Assembly (NCBI GenBank): GCA_036561645.1
Contig: DATBOY010000068.1
Span: forward strand, 16,707 to 80,706
From: Solirubrobacteraceae bacterium
GTDB lineage: Bacteria; Actinomycetota; Thermoleophilia; Solirubrobacterales; Solirubrobacteraceae
DNA: 64,000 nt
Reading direction: 5' to 3'
The first letter of the stretch is position 1. Every line of letters begins with the position of its first letter. Shown here in pieces: positions 28,966 through 38,389 of this stretch. The translations under genes and the position numbers were made by a program. Under the pieces are notes generated by a model. The model saw only the letters and a list, made by a program, of their open reading frames with translations. It searched no databases and was not told the origin of the DNA.

Positions 28966-28981
28966 TTCACAAACTGGTCAC
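28966..28981 (+). promoter_or_regulatory. Direct-repeat box TTCAC-N6-GTCAC
   Basis: TTCAC-AAACTG-GTCAC upstream of the GH gene; a weaker copy at 28875-28890. Confidence 0.55.
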
Positions 28982-29019
28982 GGCGCGCGGCCGGCGCAGC
29001 TGCGAGCATCGCCTCAGTG

Positions 29020-30168
29020 ATGACTGTCACCCCCCGCGCGCGCCTCGCGCTGCTCGCCTGTCTGCTCGCGTGCGTCCTGAGCACCGCCCCGACCGCAAAC
29101 TCCTCCGGGGCGAGCGCGACGGCCGCGAAAGGCCACCGCCGCGGGCGCGCGCCCCACACGCACACCCGGCCACGCGCCGGCACGGCGTTGAAGATGATCT
29201 GGGGACCGCTCACGCTGCCCGACGGCGCCTCGGCCTTCCCGGTCTATCGCCAGCTCGGCGTGCAGGTGCTGCAGATCGAGCTGTCCTGGGCGCAGACCGC
29301 CCCGACCGCGCCCGGCGACCCGACAAACCCCGCCGACCCCGCCTATCGCTGGCCACGGGCCCTCGACGATGCGGTCGGCGAAGCGTCCCAGTACGGCATC
29401 CAGGTGGCGGTGATGGTGAGAGGCACGCCCCCGTGGGCCAACGGCGGGCGCGACCCCTCGTGGGCCCCGGACGACCCGGCCAGCTACGCCGCCTTCCTGC
29501 AGACGGCCAGCCACCGCTATCCAACCGTGCACTACTGGATGATCTGGGGCGAGATCACCCGCCCGGGCAACTTCAACCCGATGCCCGCCGACTCGCCCGT
29601 CGGCCCTCAACGCTACGCGCTGCTGCTCGAAGCGGCCTATGGCGCCCTGAAGGCTGTCAACCAGGGCAATGTCGTGATCGGCGGGATGACCTACACCGTC
29701 GGGCAGGTGGGGACGCCCGACGTCATCCGCTGGATGCGCCTGCCCGACGGAGCGCCGCCGCGCATGGACTGCTGGGGCCACAACCCGTACTCCACCCGCT
29801 ATCCCAATCTCTCACTGCCGCCCTTCGCGCCTCGCATACGCGACATCAGCGACATGGACACGTTGCACGGCGAACTAGTGCGCGCCTATCGTGGCCACGG
29901 TTCGGTCCCCAAACTTTGGCTCTCGGAGTTCGGCATCTCCAGCGACAGGCCCAACCGCGCGTTCAATTTCTACGTCAGCCGCGCAGTGCAGGCGCAGTGG
30001 GTCAGCGCCGCCTTCAGACTGGCTGACTCCGTGCCCTACGTGGCGGGCCTGGGATGGTATGACATGGTCGACGAGCCCGCCTCGATCGCGGGCAACGTAA
30101 CCGAGGGTCTGATGACGGCGGAAGGTACGCCCAAGCCCGCGTTCTACGCCTACGCCAAGGCGCCGTAG
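29020..30168 (+). CDS. Secreted clan GH-A-like glycoside hydrolase (GH39/GH5-related)
   Basis: Signal peptide; 'TPPWAN', acid/base 'WMIWGE', 'GHNPY', nucleophile 'LWLSEFG', 'PKPAF'. Confidence 0.75.
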   Translation: MTVTPRARLALLACLLACVLSTAPTANSSGASATAAKGHRRGRAPHTHTRPRAGTALKMIWGPLTLPDGASAFPVYRQLGVQVLQIELSWAQTAPTAPGDPTNPADPAYRWPRALDDAVGEASQYGIQVAVMVRGTPPWANGGRDPSWAPDDPASYAAFLQTASHRYPTVHYWMIWGEITRPGNFNPMPADSPVGPQRYALLLEAAYGALKAVNQGNVVIGGMTYTVGQVGTPDVIRWMRLPDGAPPRMDCWGHNPYSTRYPNLSLPPFAPRIRDISDMDTLHGELVRAYRGHGSVPKLWLSEFGISSDRPNRAFNFYVSRAVQAQWVSAAFRLADSVPYVAGLGWYDMVDEPASIAGNVTEGLMTAEGTPKPAFYAYAKAP

Positions 30169-30325
30169 GCGAGGCCCAAAGCTGCGTCGGGCGGCGGCGC
30201 AGCCGCCGCCCAGGATGTGCCCGAGCGCTGCAACAGTCGCCGATCCAACGAGCGTGGCGAGACGCCCGCGCGGGATGCGACTCGCGCTCTCCGCAGCCGA
30301 TCCGCTACGCGCAAGACGAGCGCGC

Positions 30326-30341
30326 TTCACCCAATAATCAC
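30326..30341 (+). promoter_or_regulatory. Direct-repeat box TTCAC-N6-ATCAC
   Basis: TTCAC-CCAATA-ATCAC upstream of the second sugar transferase. Confidence 0.5.
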
Positions 30342-30497
30342 ACTCGCCGTTCGCCCGCAGGCGACCATACCCGCGCCGCACGACACACGACACGACACGA
30401 CAAGGATGTGGAGGACATGTCGGCTTTCCGTACGACAGCCCAGGACACGGCTCAGGAGAACACTCTGCGGCGCATGAACACAATCCGGGAGCTGCCC

Positions 30498-31280
30498 ATG
30501 ACCCAGCCCCCCGCGAACCATCGGCCGCCGAGTTCTGCGGCGCCCTCCGTCGCCCGCGTTCGGGGCCTCGGCGAGTCGCTGACCGTGAGGGTGTTCGACA
30601 TCTCCGTGTGCCTGCTCGCGCTGGCGCCGGTGCTGATGGTGGGGGCGATCACCGCCCTCTTGATCTTCATCGACTCGCCCGGCTCTGTCTTCTACCGCTC
30701 CAAGCGTATGGGGCGCCACGGGCGCCCCTTTCACATGCTCAAGTTCCGCAAGATGCGCCGCAGCGCGCGGGGCGGACCGCTGACGATCGGCGAGGACGAG
30801 CGCTTCACGCCGATCGGGGGCTTCCTGGCGATGACCAAGCTCGACGAGCTGCCCCAGCTGTGGAACGTCATCAAGGGCGACATGCACCTCGTGGGGCCGC
30901 GGCCTGAGGTGCCGGAGTTTGTCGCGCGCTACCGCGAGGAGTACGAGGAGCTGTTGAGCGTGATGCCCGGCGTCACCGGCCCGGCGGCGGTGGAGTACGC
31001 CAGCGAGTCGCACCTGCTGAGCCTGCAACAGGACCCCGTGAGGTTCTACGAGGAGTCGATCATGCCGCGCAAGATCGAAATCGACCTTCACTACATTCGC
31101 AGTCGCACGCTGTGGGGCGATCTGAAGATCCTCGCGCAGACGACGCTCGTGCCGCTCACCAAGGTGGCCAGTTGCATGACCGGCGATCCGCGCGTGCGCC
31201 GCGCCGAGGCCGGCGTGTTGTTCGGAGCCTGCTCCGTGCTCGCGCTCATCTTTGTGATCGCCAGCAGCGCCAACGGCTGA
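30498..31280 (+). CDS. Second priming phosphoglycosyl (sugar) transferase
   Basis: 'KFRKM', 'DERFTPIG', 'KLDELPQLWNVIKGDMHLVGPRPE', 'PGVTG'; extra C-terminal TM. Confidence 0.9.
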   Translation: MTQPPANHRPPSSAAPSVARVRGLGESLTVRVFDISVCLLALAPVLMVGAITALLIFIDSPGSVFYRSKRMGRHGRPFHMLKFRKMRRSARGGPLTIGEDERFTPIGGFLAMTKLDELPQLWNVIKGDMHLVGPRPEVPEFVARYREEYEELLSVMPGVTGPAAVEYASESHLLSLQQDPVRFYEESIMPRKIEIDLHYIRSRTLWGDLKILAQTTLVPLTKVASCMTGDPRVRRAEAGVLFGACSVLALIFVIASSANG

Positions 31281-31304
31281 GCCGATGGCCGCACGGCTGA
31301 GCCT

Positions 31305-32783
31305 GTGATCCGCTCCCCGTGCACGCAAACGCCGACTGCGGCGAGGCGGACGCCGCTGGAGCGTGGGCAGAGACGAGCGCGGTGCGCGCGAGCGCTGCCT
31401 CGACTCGCGCTGCTTGCGCTCGGCCTGCTGTTCGTGTTCTCCGGACCGGCCAGTGCGGCGCTCACGGTCCGCGTGCTCGGCAACCACCTGGTCGACGCCG
31501 AACAGCGCCCGCTGCGACTGCTGGGAGTTGACTTCTCCGGCGCCGAGTACGCGTGCATCCAGGACAAGGGCATCTGGAGCTCCCCCACCGATCGGGCCAC
31601 GATCGAAGCGATCGCCTCGTGGCGCGTGAACGCGGTGCGCATCCCGCTCAACGAGGACTGCTGGCTGGGTATCAACGGAGCCCCGGCCGCGTACAGCGGC
31701 GCGGCCTACCAGCAGGCCGTCCACGAATTCGTGCAGGCCCTGCACGACGCCGGCATGTACGCGATCCTCGACCTGCACTGGAATGCGCCCGGCTCGCAGC
31801 AGGCCCTCGGCCTACAGCCGATGGCCGACCTCGACCACAGCCTCGACTTCTGGCGCTCGGTGGCGTTGAGCTTCCGCGAAGACCCCGCTGTGCTGTTCGA
31901 TCTGTACTCCGAGCCGCACGACATCGGCTGGGAATGCTGGCTGAATGGCTGCTCACTGCCTGGGCCCGAAGGCAGCGCGTGGCGGGCGGCGGGAATGCAG
32001 TCGCTGGTTGACGCCGTGCGCTCGCAGGGAGCGGATCAGCCGCTGCTGCTCGGGGGGTTGGAATGGGCCAACGACCTCTCCGGGTGGCTTGAACACCTGC
32101 CGGTGGACTCCGAGCATCAGCTGGTCGCGAGCGTGCACATGTATCCCAACAACCAGTGTAACTCTGCGGCCTGCTGGTCCACCACGCTAGCGGCGATCGC
32201 TCGCTCGCACCCCGTGGTGGCCGGCGAGCTCGGCGAGTTTGACTGCCAGCACCAGTTCATCGACCAGTTCATGAACTGGGCCGACGCCAACGGCGTGTCG
32301 TATCTCGGCTGGAGCTGGAATACATACGACTGCTCCGCCGGCCCGTCGCTGATCGCCGGCGTCGACGGAACCCCCACGACGTACGGGGCGGGACTGCGCG
32401 AGCACCTGCTGGCGACCTCGCCGAGCGTCGTCAACAACCCGCCCCCCGAACCGCCACCGGCGCAAGAACCGGGAGCGCCTGCGCCGACGACGCCCACCCC
32501 GCAAACGCCCCCGCCTGCGCCTGCGCCTGCGCCTGCGCCCACACTTCCCGCACCGCCCGGCGCCTCGATCACAACACCCGACGCGCCGCTGCTGCGCGTC
32601 GCGGCGCCGGTCGCTGCCGGTGCGCATTCGACTCCCGTCCGTAGCCGCCGCCGCCCTGGCGGTAAACACAAAGTGAAAAAACGCACCGCGCGCAAGAGCG
32701 CTTCACATCGGGCCACCTCGCGCAGACTTCACCGACAGGTAACGAAAGCGGTCCGGCCCGTAACTATAAATAGCCATCCGTGA
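31305..32783 (+). CDS. Secreted GH5 (cellulase-family) hydrolase with Pro-rich and basic tail
   Basis: 'VNAVRIPLNEDCWLG', 'ILDLHW', 'FDLYSEPH', 'SVHMY', 'PVVAGELG', 'YLGWSW'. Confidence 0.88.
   Translation: MIRSPCTQTPTAARRTPLERGQRRARCARALPRLALLALGLLFVFSGPASAALTVRVLGNHLVDAEQRPLRLLGVDFSGAEYACIQDKGIWSSPTDRATIEAIASWRVNAVRIPLNEDCWLGINGAPAAYSGAAYQQAVHEFVQALHDAGMYAILDLHWNAPGSQQALGLQPMADLDHSLDFWRSVALSFREDPAVLFDLYSEPHDIGWECWLNGCSLPGPEGSAWRAAGMQSLVDAVRSQGADQPLLLGGLEWANDLSGWLEHLPVDSEHQLVASVHMYPNNQCNSAACWSTTLAAIARSHPVVAGELGEFDCQHQFIDQFMNWADANGVSYLGWSWNTYDCSAGPSLIAGVDGTPTTYGAGLREHLLATSPSVVNNPPPEPPPAQEPGAPAPTTPTPQTPPPAPAPAPAPTLPAPPGASITTPDAPLLRVAAPVAAGAHSTPVRSRRRPGGKHKVKKRTARKSASHRATSRRLHRQVTKAVRPVTINSHP
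32728..32743 (+). promoter_or_regulatory. Direct-repeat box TTCAC-N6-GTAAC upstream of the Crp gene
   Basis: TTCAC-CGACAG-GTAAC in the GH5 3' end, followed by AT-rich TATAAAT. Confidence 0.45.
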
Positions 32784-32836
32784 AGACGGCGCAGAGCGGC
32801 CGGTGAAAACTCGAGGTCGGATGGCTGGAGATCGCG

Positions 32837-33640
32837 ATGCTGGAAACCGTTGGTTTACTCCAGGCGGACCCCGACCTCGGCGCGCGCATGGCGCCCGAGC
32901 GCTTCGCCGCAGCGCAACGCGCGCTCGTGACGCGCGTAGTCACCGTGCCCACCGGCCACTGGGCCTGGGAGCAGATGTTGCCCGCTCCCCCCGGCGTGGT
33001 CGGTTTCGTGATCTGCTCGGGCATCTTCGCCCGGCACGCGCGCATGTACGACGGCAGCTCGGTGGAGCTGCTCGGGGCCGGCGACGTGATCATGCCGTGG
33101 GCCAGCGAGCACGACACGGCGATCGGCTTTGAGATGTCGGTGGACTGGCACGTGCTGGCGCGGGGCCGGCTGGCGCTGGTCGACCATGGCCTGTTGCTCA
33201 AGAGCGCGCCGTGGCCGGAAATCACCAAGGCGCTACTCACGCGCGCGATCACGCACGCCCGCTGGCTGGCGGGACTGCACGCTGCCGCCGGGCACACCCG
33301 CGTGGAGGATCGCCTGTGGCTGGCGCTGTGGCAGATCGCGGAGCGCTGGGGCAAGATCACACCGGGTGGCGTGACGCTGACGATGCCGGGCCTGACCCAC
33401 GAGACGATCGCCAGCCTGGTTGCCGCCAGCCGTCCGTCGGTGACCAAAGCATTCGGGGACCTGCGCGACCGCGGGCTGCTGGAACGCCGGCCGCGGGGGG
33501 TGCTGGTCCTGCACGGCGCACCCAAGGACGGGCTGAGCAAGCGAACCAGACCCGAGCGTGGAGCGGTCGAAGGCGGCGGGTCCGCGCCCGCGGCAGGGTC
33601 CCTCGCTGCGCCTGAACCCGTCCCGGCGCCGGTGGGTTGA
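32837..33640 (+). CDS. Crp/Fnr family transcriptional regulator
   Basis: 'ELLGAGDVI', 'RVEDRL', HTH 'LTHETIASLVAASRPSVTKAFGDL'. Confidence 0.85.
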   Translation: MLETVGLLQADPDLGARMAPERFAAAQRALVTRVVTVPTGHWAWEQMLPAPPGVVGFVICSGIFARHARMYDGSSVELLGAGDVIMPWASEHDTAIGFEMSVDWHVLARGRLALVDHGLLLKSAPWPEITKALLTRAITHARWLAGLHAAAGHTRVEDRLWLALWQIAERWGKITPGGVTLTMPGLTHETIASLVAASRPSVTKAFGDLRDRGLLERRPRGVLVLHGAPKDGLSKRTRPERGAVEGGGSAPAAGSLAAPEPVPAPVG

Positions 33641-34359
33641 TGTCACTCGCCCGGCAGCTGTCGCTCGCGGGTGCAGCCCTGGTCGTGAGCTTCACGGCCA
33701 CCGTAGCGCTGGCGCAGGTGTCAAGCCCGCGCACTTCCAGACCGCGTGCGGCGGCGCCGAAGGGGACGCACACCGGTGTCCGCCCCCGCCGTGGAGCCGG
33801 AGTGGTTCGCGCGCCGCGCGGATTGACCGGCCCGCAGGGTCTAGCGGGTCTCTCCGGGGGGGTCGGCGAGATCGGCGCGCCTGGCGCGGCCGGCCCAGCC
33901 GGTCCTCCGGGAGTCATCGACCAGACGGTGGCGATCGCATGGCAGAACGGCAACTACCAGGGCCGCGACAGCGCGACGTTCTTCGCTCCCGGGATCGGCG
34001 AGGGTGTGGTGGTGTGCGGCCTCGACACGCAGTGGGTCGACTTCACCCCCTACAACCTCGGCGAAGACAGCGAGATGTGGGCGGCCATCGCCCGCGGGGA
34101 CGAGATCTCCGTGCGCGCCGCGGCGCGCCGCTCCCCCGCCTACGGCGTTCAGTTCAACCTCGGCCTGAACGTGGTGAACGGCGGCGAAGACGAATCGCAG
34201 GGATCGATGGTCGGCGTCATCAGCTCGCGCGGACCATTCGGAGCGCCCGGCGGTGAAGGGCCGCCGCCCACCACGTTTCACCTGTCCTGGCACTGGTCCT
34301 TCGCCGACGCGTACGGGCCGCGCTGCTACGTGGCGGGCAGATTCGAGACAGGCAGGTGA
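33640..34359 (+). CDS. Secreted protein with short collagen-like Gly-X-Y stalk and Cys-containing head
   Basis: Signal peptide; 'GLTGPQGLAGLSGGVGEIGAPGAAGPAGPPG'; TGATG coupling to crp. Confidence 0.7.
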   Translation: MSLARQLSLAGAALVVSFTATVALAQVSSPRTSRPRAAAPKGTHTGVRPRRGAGVVRAPRGLTGPQGLAGLSGGVGEIGAPGAAGPAGPPGVIDQTVAIAWQNGNYQGRDSATFFAPGIGEGVVVCGLDTQWVDFTPYNLGEDSEMWAAIARGDEISVRAAARRSPAYGVQFNLGLNVVNGGEDESQGSMVGVISSRGPFGAPGGEGPPPTTFHLSWHWSFADAYGPRCYVAGRFETGR

Positions 34360-34363
34360 GGGG

Positions 34364-35074
34364 ATGACCGGACGAGGGAGAGCTGCGGCGCGCTTGCCCC
34401 GCCAGACGCGGGTACTGCTGGCGGTCGGTGCGTGCGCGGGAGCGCTGACGGGGGGCGCGTTTGCGGTCGCCGCCACCTCCGCGCAGACGAGCCACGACCA
34501 CAGCGCAGGCGCCGGTCATCCGGCCAAGGCGCCGCAGCACGTGGTGGTGCTGCGCGGCGCCGCCGGCCCGCGCGGCGCCGCCGGAGTGCCCGGGGTGGAA
34601 GGACCCGTCGGCCCCGAAGGCCCACAGGGACCACCCGGACCACCCGGCCCCAACATCGCCGTCTCCCCCACCCTCAACTGGCACGGCCTGGAAAACGCGC
34701 CCGGCCGCGACAGCGCCGTGAGCGAACTGCCGGGCGTGGCGAAGATAGAACTGCGCTGCGGCACCGCCGCCCAGGACATCCTCCTCACTCCGCTCAACGA
34801 AGGAGTGCGCACCGTTGTGGATGTCACCACGTTCCAGGGCGAGGGCGTCGCCGGCATTTCCTCACACAACCGCGTCTACAGTGAATCGCTGGCCCCGCTG
34901 GCGATCGCGCTGCCCCCCAACGGCATGTTGGAGGGCACGCTCAGCGTCGAGCCGATCTCCGGCGAAGGCCCCGGCGGCGCACCCGTGAGCTTCACGTTCT
35001 CCTCGGAATGGAAGCTCAACGACCCCACGCCGGAAAACAACTACTGCTACGTCGCCGGGCAGTTTTTGCGCTGA
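34364..35074 (+). CDS. Second collagen-like secreted protein (paralog of previous gene)
   Basis: 'GAAGPRGAAGVPGVEGPVGPEGPQGPPGPPGP'; shares 'GRDSA', 'PG', 'C', and terminal 'CYVAG(R/Q)F' with 33640..34359. Confidence 0.72.
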   Translation: MTGRGRAAARLPRQTRVLLAVGACAGALTGGAFAVAATSAQTSHDHSAGAGHPAKAPQHVVVLRGAAGPRGAAGVPGVEGPVGPEGPQGPPGPPGPNIAVSPTLNWHGLENAPGRDSAVSELPGVAKIELRCGTAAQDILLTPLNEGVRTVVDVTTFQGEGVAGISSHNRVYSESLAPLAIALPPNGMLEGTLSVEPISGEGPGGAPVSFTFSSEWKLNDPTPENNYCYVAGQFLR

Positions 35075-35310
35075 GCGGCTCCTGCGCTCGCCCGGCGGCT
35101 CCTGCGCTCGCTCGACGGGTCCTGCGCTCACTCAGCGGCTCCTGCGCTCACCCAGCGGCTCCTGCGCTCACTCAGCGGGTCCTGCGCTCACTCAGCGGGT
35201 CCTGCGCTCACCCAGCGGGTCCTGCGCTCACCCAGCGGCTCCTGCGCTCACCCAGCGGCTCCTGCGCTCACCCAGCGGCTCCTGCGCTCACCCAGCGGCT
35301 CCTGCGCTGA
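35071..35310. repeat. 20-bp tandem repeat (VNTR), about 12 copies, between convergent operons
   Basis: Unit C(C/T)CAGCGG(C/G)TCCTGCGCTCA, contiguous with no spacers. Confidence 0.95.
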
Positions 35311-36561
35311 GCGCCGCGCGTACTGCCCGCCGACGAGCGGCTGGCTGCTCGCCTGCGTCGCGCCCTGATCGGCCGCGGCGGCACCGCTGCCCGCGGTGGC
35401 GCTGACGGGCACATCGGCGCCAGACACCGGATCGCCGACGCCTCCGGCCGGGACGAGCATACCCTGGGGCTGGCCTTCAAGCGCACCGGGTGATCGCCGC
35501 GGGTGAGCACGGGAAGCGCCGCCCGCGGAGTAGCCCACGACCGGCGGCTGCTGGGCGCCGTCCAGCCAGCCCAGCTCGGAGTCGAGGATGGCGCTCGGCA
35601 GGGCCACCAACCGCGCGGCGTCGGCCAACTGACGGGCGCGGGATAGGTAGAGCTTCATAAAGCTCGCCACCTCGGGCCGGCGCAGATCGGCCAGGCCGAC
35701 GGTGAGCAGCAGCTGACGCGCGAGCGGGAAAGAACCGTCGGCCACCGTCTGCTGGGAGGGGAAGACGCAGTTGAGCAGCGGGCGCCGCAGGCCACTGTCG
35801 ATCTCCAGTGCTCGCAGTTCGCTTTCATGGCTCTCGTAGTACGTGAAGCGCACATAACCGAGGGTCCCCAGATGCCCACCGGCCACGGCGCGGCGCACGG
35901 CGTCTTCGCTCGGCAGCGGCTGGTAGTCGCCGCGCAGGTCCGCCAGGCTCGGACCGTCCGAGCCCAGCGCGTAGCCGTCGAAGAGACCGAACGTGTCGCT
36001 CCCTTCGGTGGCGCCGACCGCCTGCAGAGGGATGTTGTAGTAGCCGAGCTGCGACCAGTTGGTGATCTGCGAGCCCGCCTGGAAAGTCTGTTTGATCTGG
36101 CCGAGCGTGAGGCAGTCGGTGCCCACATCGGCTTCACTGCGCGTGGCCAGCACCACCGCGTCGGCGGCGACCTGGAACTGTACGGGCTGCACCCCGCTGT
36201 TCTGGCACGCACCGAGCTCCACGGCGGAGATCGGCCGGGCCGAGTCGACCACGTCGATCTTCCCGCGGCACAGCTCGGAGAAGCCCTCGGCCTCGCCGCT
36301 GTCGGCGATCGTTACGCGCGCGCCCCCGCCCCGATAGGCGGTCACGGCGCCAGCGGTGAGCGAGCCCCGGGTGCGGCCGTCGACCTGCACGAGCCCCACC
36401 GGGCGAGAGGGGAGGCGGTTGTAGGAGGCCAAGGTGGCGGCGCCCGCGGCAGAGCCAGCCGGGCCATCGGCCCCCTTGATCGACACGCCGCAGCCACTGC
36501 CCGCCACGCCGCACGCGACCAGGGCGAACGGGAGCAGCGTCTTGCACGCACGCCGTCTCAT
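35248..36561 (-). CDS. PstS-like substrate-binding lipoprotein (orphan, degenerate phosphate site)
   Basis: Lipobox-like 'GSGC'; 'GFSELCRGKIDVVDSARPI', 'DCLT', 'ITNWSQL', 'DGSFPLARQL' resemble PstS/PBP_like_2. Confidence 0.7.
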   Translation of the reverse strand: MRRRACKTLLPFALVACGVAGSGCGVSIKGADGPAGSAAGAATLASYNRLPSRPVGLVQVDGRTRGSLTAGAVTAYRGGGARVTIADSGEAEGFSELCRGKIDVVDSARPISAVELGACQNSGVQPVQFQVAADAVVLATRSEADVGTDCLTLGQIKQTFQAGSQITNWSQLGYYNIPLQAVGATEGSDTFGLFDGYALGSDGPSLADLRGDYQPLPSEDAVRRAVAGGHLGTLGYVRFTYYESHESELRALEIDSGLRRPLLNCVFPSQQTVADGSFPLARQLLLTVGLADLRRPEVASFMKLYLSRARQLADAARLVALPSAILDSELGWLDGAQQPPVVGYSAGGASRAHPRRSPGALEGQPQGMLVPAGGVGDPVSGADVPVSATAGSGAAAADQGATQASSQPLVGGQYARRSAQEPLGERRSRWVSAGAAG

Positions 36562-37739
36562 CCCGCCGTCCCCGTGAAGCCCGTGCCGGCTTCCCCGCCG
36601 GCTTCGCCCTGTTCAGCGACGGACTGGTGCAGACGACCCGGCAGGCGCACGACTTCGAAGTCCGACAGGCGCAGAGACTGCAGCTCGTTGCCGACGAGCA
36701 GCCCGGCTACGGCGTCCTTCTGCGCATACAGCGTGGGCACCGCCGAGCGGTCGACGACGATCGCTCCGTAGCGCTTGAGCGCGGTCAGCACGACCTCGGC
36801 GTAGCGGCGACTGTCGCCGCCCGGCAGGCGGCCGAGCCTTACCCCCGCCTTCAGGCGGATGCGAGCGCCCTCCGGCAGCGAGTCCTGCGGCCCCGCCCCG
36901 TCCGTCGTGGAGGCCGGGGGCACGTAGTTGGCCCCCGCCGGATCGGGGATCGAGATCGCCAGCGCGTGCGCGATCGTGGCGCTGCGCAACTCACCGGGGA
37001 GGATCACGCCCGCGAACAGCGGCAGGCCCGACCCACGTGCCGCCACGGCGTTCTGGGCGTTGACCGAGGACGGCTTGCTGAAGCCTGGACCGTTGAGATC
37101 CCAGCGCTTGACGTACTGGTAGGAGATCGACCCGTCGGCCTGGCGGCGGGCACGCCAGAAGTCGTACGCCACGCCGCCAGCCCGGTCGATCACCGTGAGC
37201 CAGCCGTCGTAGCGCGGATCGGGGCTGACGCCGGGGGCGATCAGCGCCGTGCTCAAGCCGGCGGCGTCCGGTCCGCAGAGGACCTGACGGCAGAACAGCC
37301 TCGTGGACACCCCGTTCTGTTCGGTGGCGATCGTCGGTGTCCAGGAGGTGGCGTTGATGTAGATGCCCCCTCCATCCGACCGGCCCCCGCCGGCCCCGCC
37401 CGCCGAGGCGCCCAGCGCGAGCATCGCCTGCGAGCGCGGGTCGGTGGGAAGCGCAGCCGCCTGCGTGTTCCAGGGGCTGAGAGCGTTGAACAGCGGCGGC
37501 GGCGCCTGCGCGGCCGCGGCGTCGGCGGGAGGCGCGGTGGCGCCCTGCCGCGCAGCGGAGCTGGACTGCTGTGGGCCGGCGGCGTCCGACGCCGACGGCG
37601 CGAGACTCGCGGCAGATCCGGCGGACGTGCTCACGCCGCACCCGGAGCTCGCCAAGGCCAGCAGGCCGAGCGCGGCGAGCACGACGATTCCAGAGCACGC
37701 GCTTCGGCGAACCGTGCCCCGGCGCCCGCGGGCGCTCAT
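36558..37739 (-). CDS. Uncharacterised lipoprotein
   Basis: Lipobox 'SSGC'; 'FNALSPWN', 'DGWLTVID', 'GSGLPLFAG', 'HALA', 'LPEGARIRLK', 'ALKRYGAIVVDR'. Confidence 0.75.
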   Translation of the reverse strand: MSARGRRGTVRRSACSGIVVLAALGLLALASSGCGVSTSAGSAASLAPSASDAAGPQQSSSAARQGATAPPADAAAAQAPPPLFNALSPWNTQAAALPTDPRSQAMLALGASAGGAGGGRSDGGGIYINATSWTPTIATEQNGVSTRLFCRQVLCGPDAAGLSTALIAPGVSPDPRYDGWLTVIDRAGGVAYDFWRARRQADGSISYQYVKRWDLNGPGFSKPSSVNAQNAVAARGSGLPLFAGVILPGELRSATIAHALAISIPDPAGANYVPPASTTDGAGPQDSLPEGARIRLKAGVRLGRLPGGDSRRYAEVVLTALKRYGAIVVDRSAVPTLYAQKDAVAGLLVGNELQSLRLSDFEVVRLPGRLHQSVAEQGEAGGEAGTGFTGTAG

Positions 37740-38389
37740 GCCGCGCTGTCCGCTTCAGCCGCCCTGTCCGTCTCGGCCACGCGGTCCACTGCCCCCGCGC
37801 CGTCCACCGTCTCGGCCACGCGGTCCACAGCGCCGGCGTCGTCAACCTCCTCACCCTTGGCGCCCTCCAGCCGATGCGGGCCACCATCGTCGTGGCCGGC
37901 GCCGGCGATCGCGTGTCCATTGCTCTGCGCGAAGGATCCTGGGCGCACGGGGCCGCTCGGCGGTTGGGGCAGCGCCGGCGAGGGCTGCGCGACCTCCGCG
38001 GCGACGGCCTGTGCGACGTTGCCCAGCGCCTCGATCATGGCGTGCACCTGCTGCTGCACGTGGGTCGCCTGCTCCAGGCGCTCCTGGATCGACCCCGCCG
38101 CCTCCAGCACATCCTCGGTGAGCTCGGCGATGCGCTCGATGCGGGCGGTGGCGAAGGCGTCGATTCGTCGGCGGGTGGCGGCCAGGTAGTCCTCGACGCG
38201 TCGCGCCGCCTCGTGGCGGATGCGGTTGGCGTCCACTTCCGCGGCCGCGAGGATCTCCGCCGTGCGCCTGCCGGCCTCGGTCTCGGCCTCCTCGGCGACG
38301 ATCGCGGCTGTCTGCTCGGCCGCTGTCAGCACGGCCTTGATGCGCGGCACGATCGAGGTGCTCACGAGTTCGCGTCTGCTGCTCATCAT
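37736..38389 (-). CDS. Coiled-coil protein (DivIVA/ATP synthase b-like heptads)
   Basis: 'VLTAAEQTAAIVAEEAETEA...ILAAAEVDANRIRHEA'; ATGA overlaps on both sides. Confidence 0.7.
   Translation of the reverse strand: MMSSRRELVSTSIVPRIKAVLTAAEQTAAIVAEEAETEAGRRTAEILAAAEVDANRIRHEAARRVEDYLAATRRRIDAFATARIERIAELTEDVLEAAGSIQERLEQATHVQQQVHAMIEALGNVAQAVAAEVAQPSPALPQPPSGPVRPGSFAQSNGHAIAGAGHDDGGPHRLEGAKGEEVDDAGAVDRVAETVDGAGAVDRVAETDRAAEADSAA

Noticed and set aside
35071-35310. Possible CRISPR array
   Set aside because: Units are contiguous with no unique spacers, and there are no cas genes; it is a VNTR.
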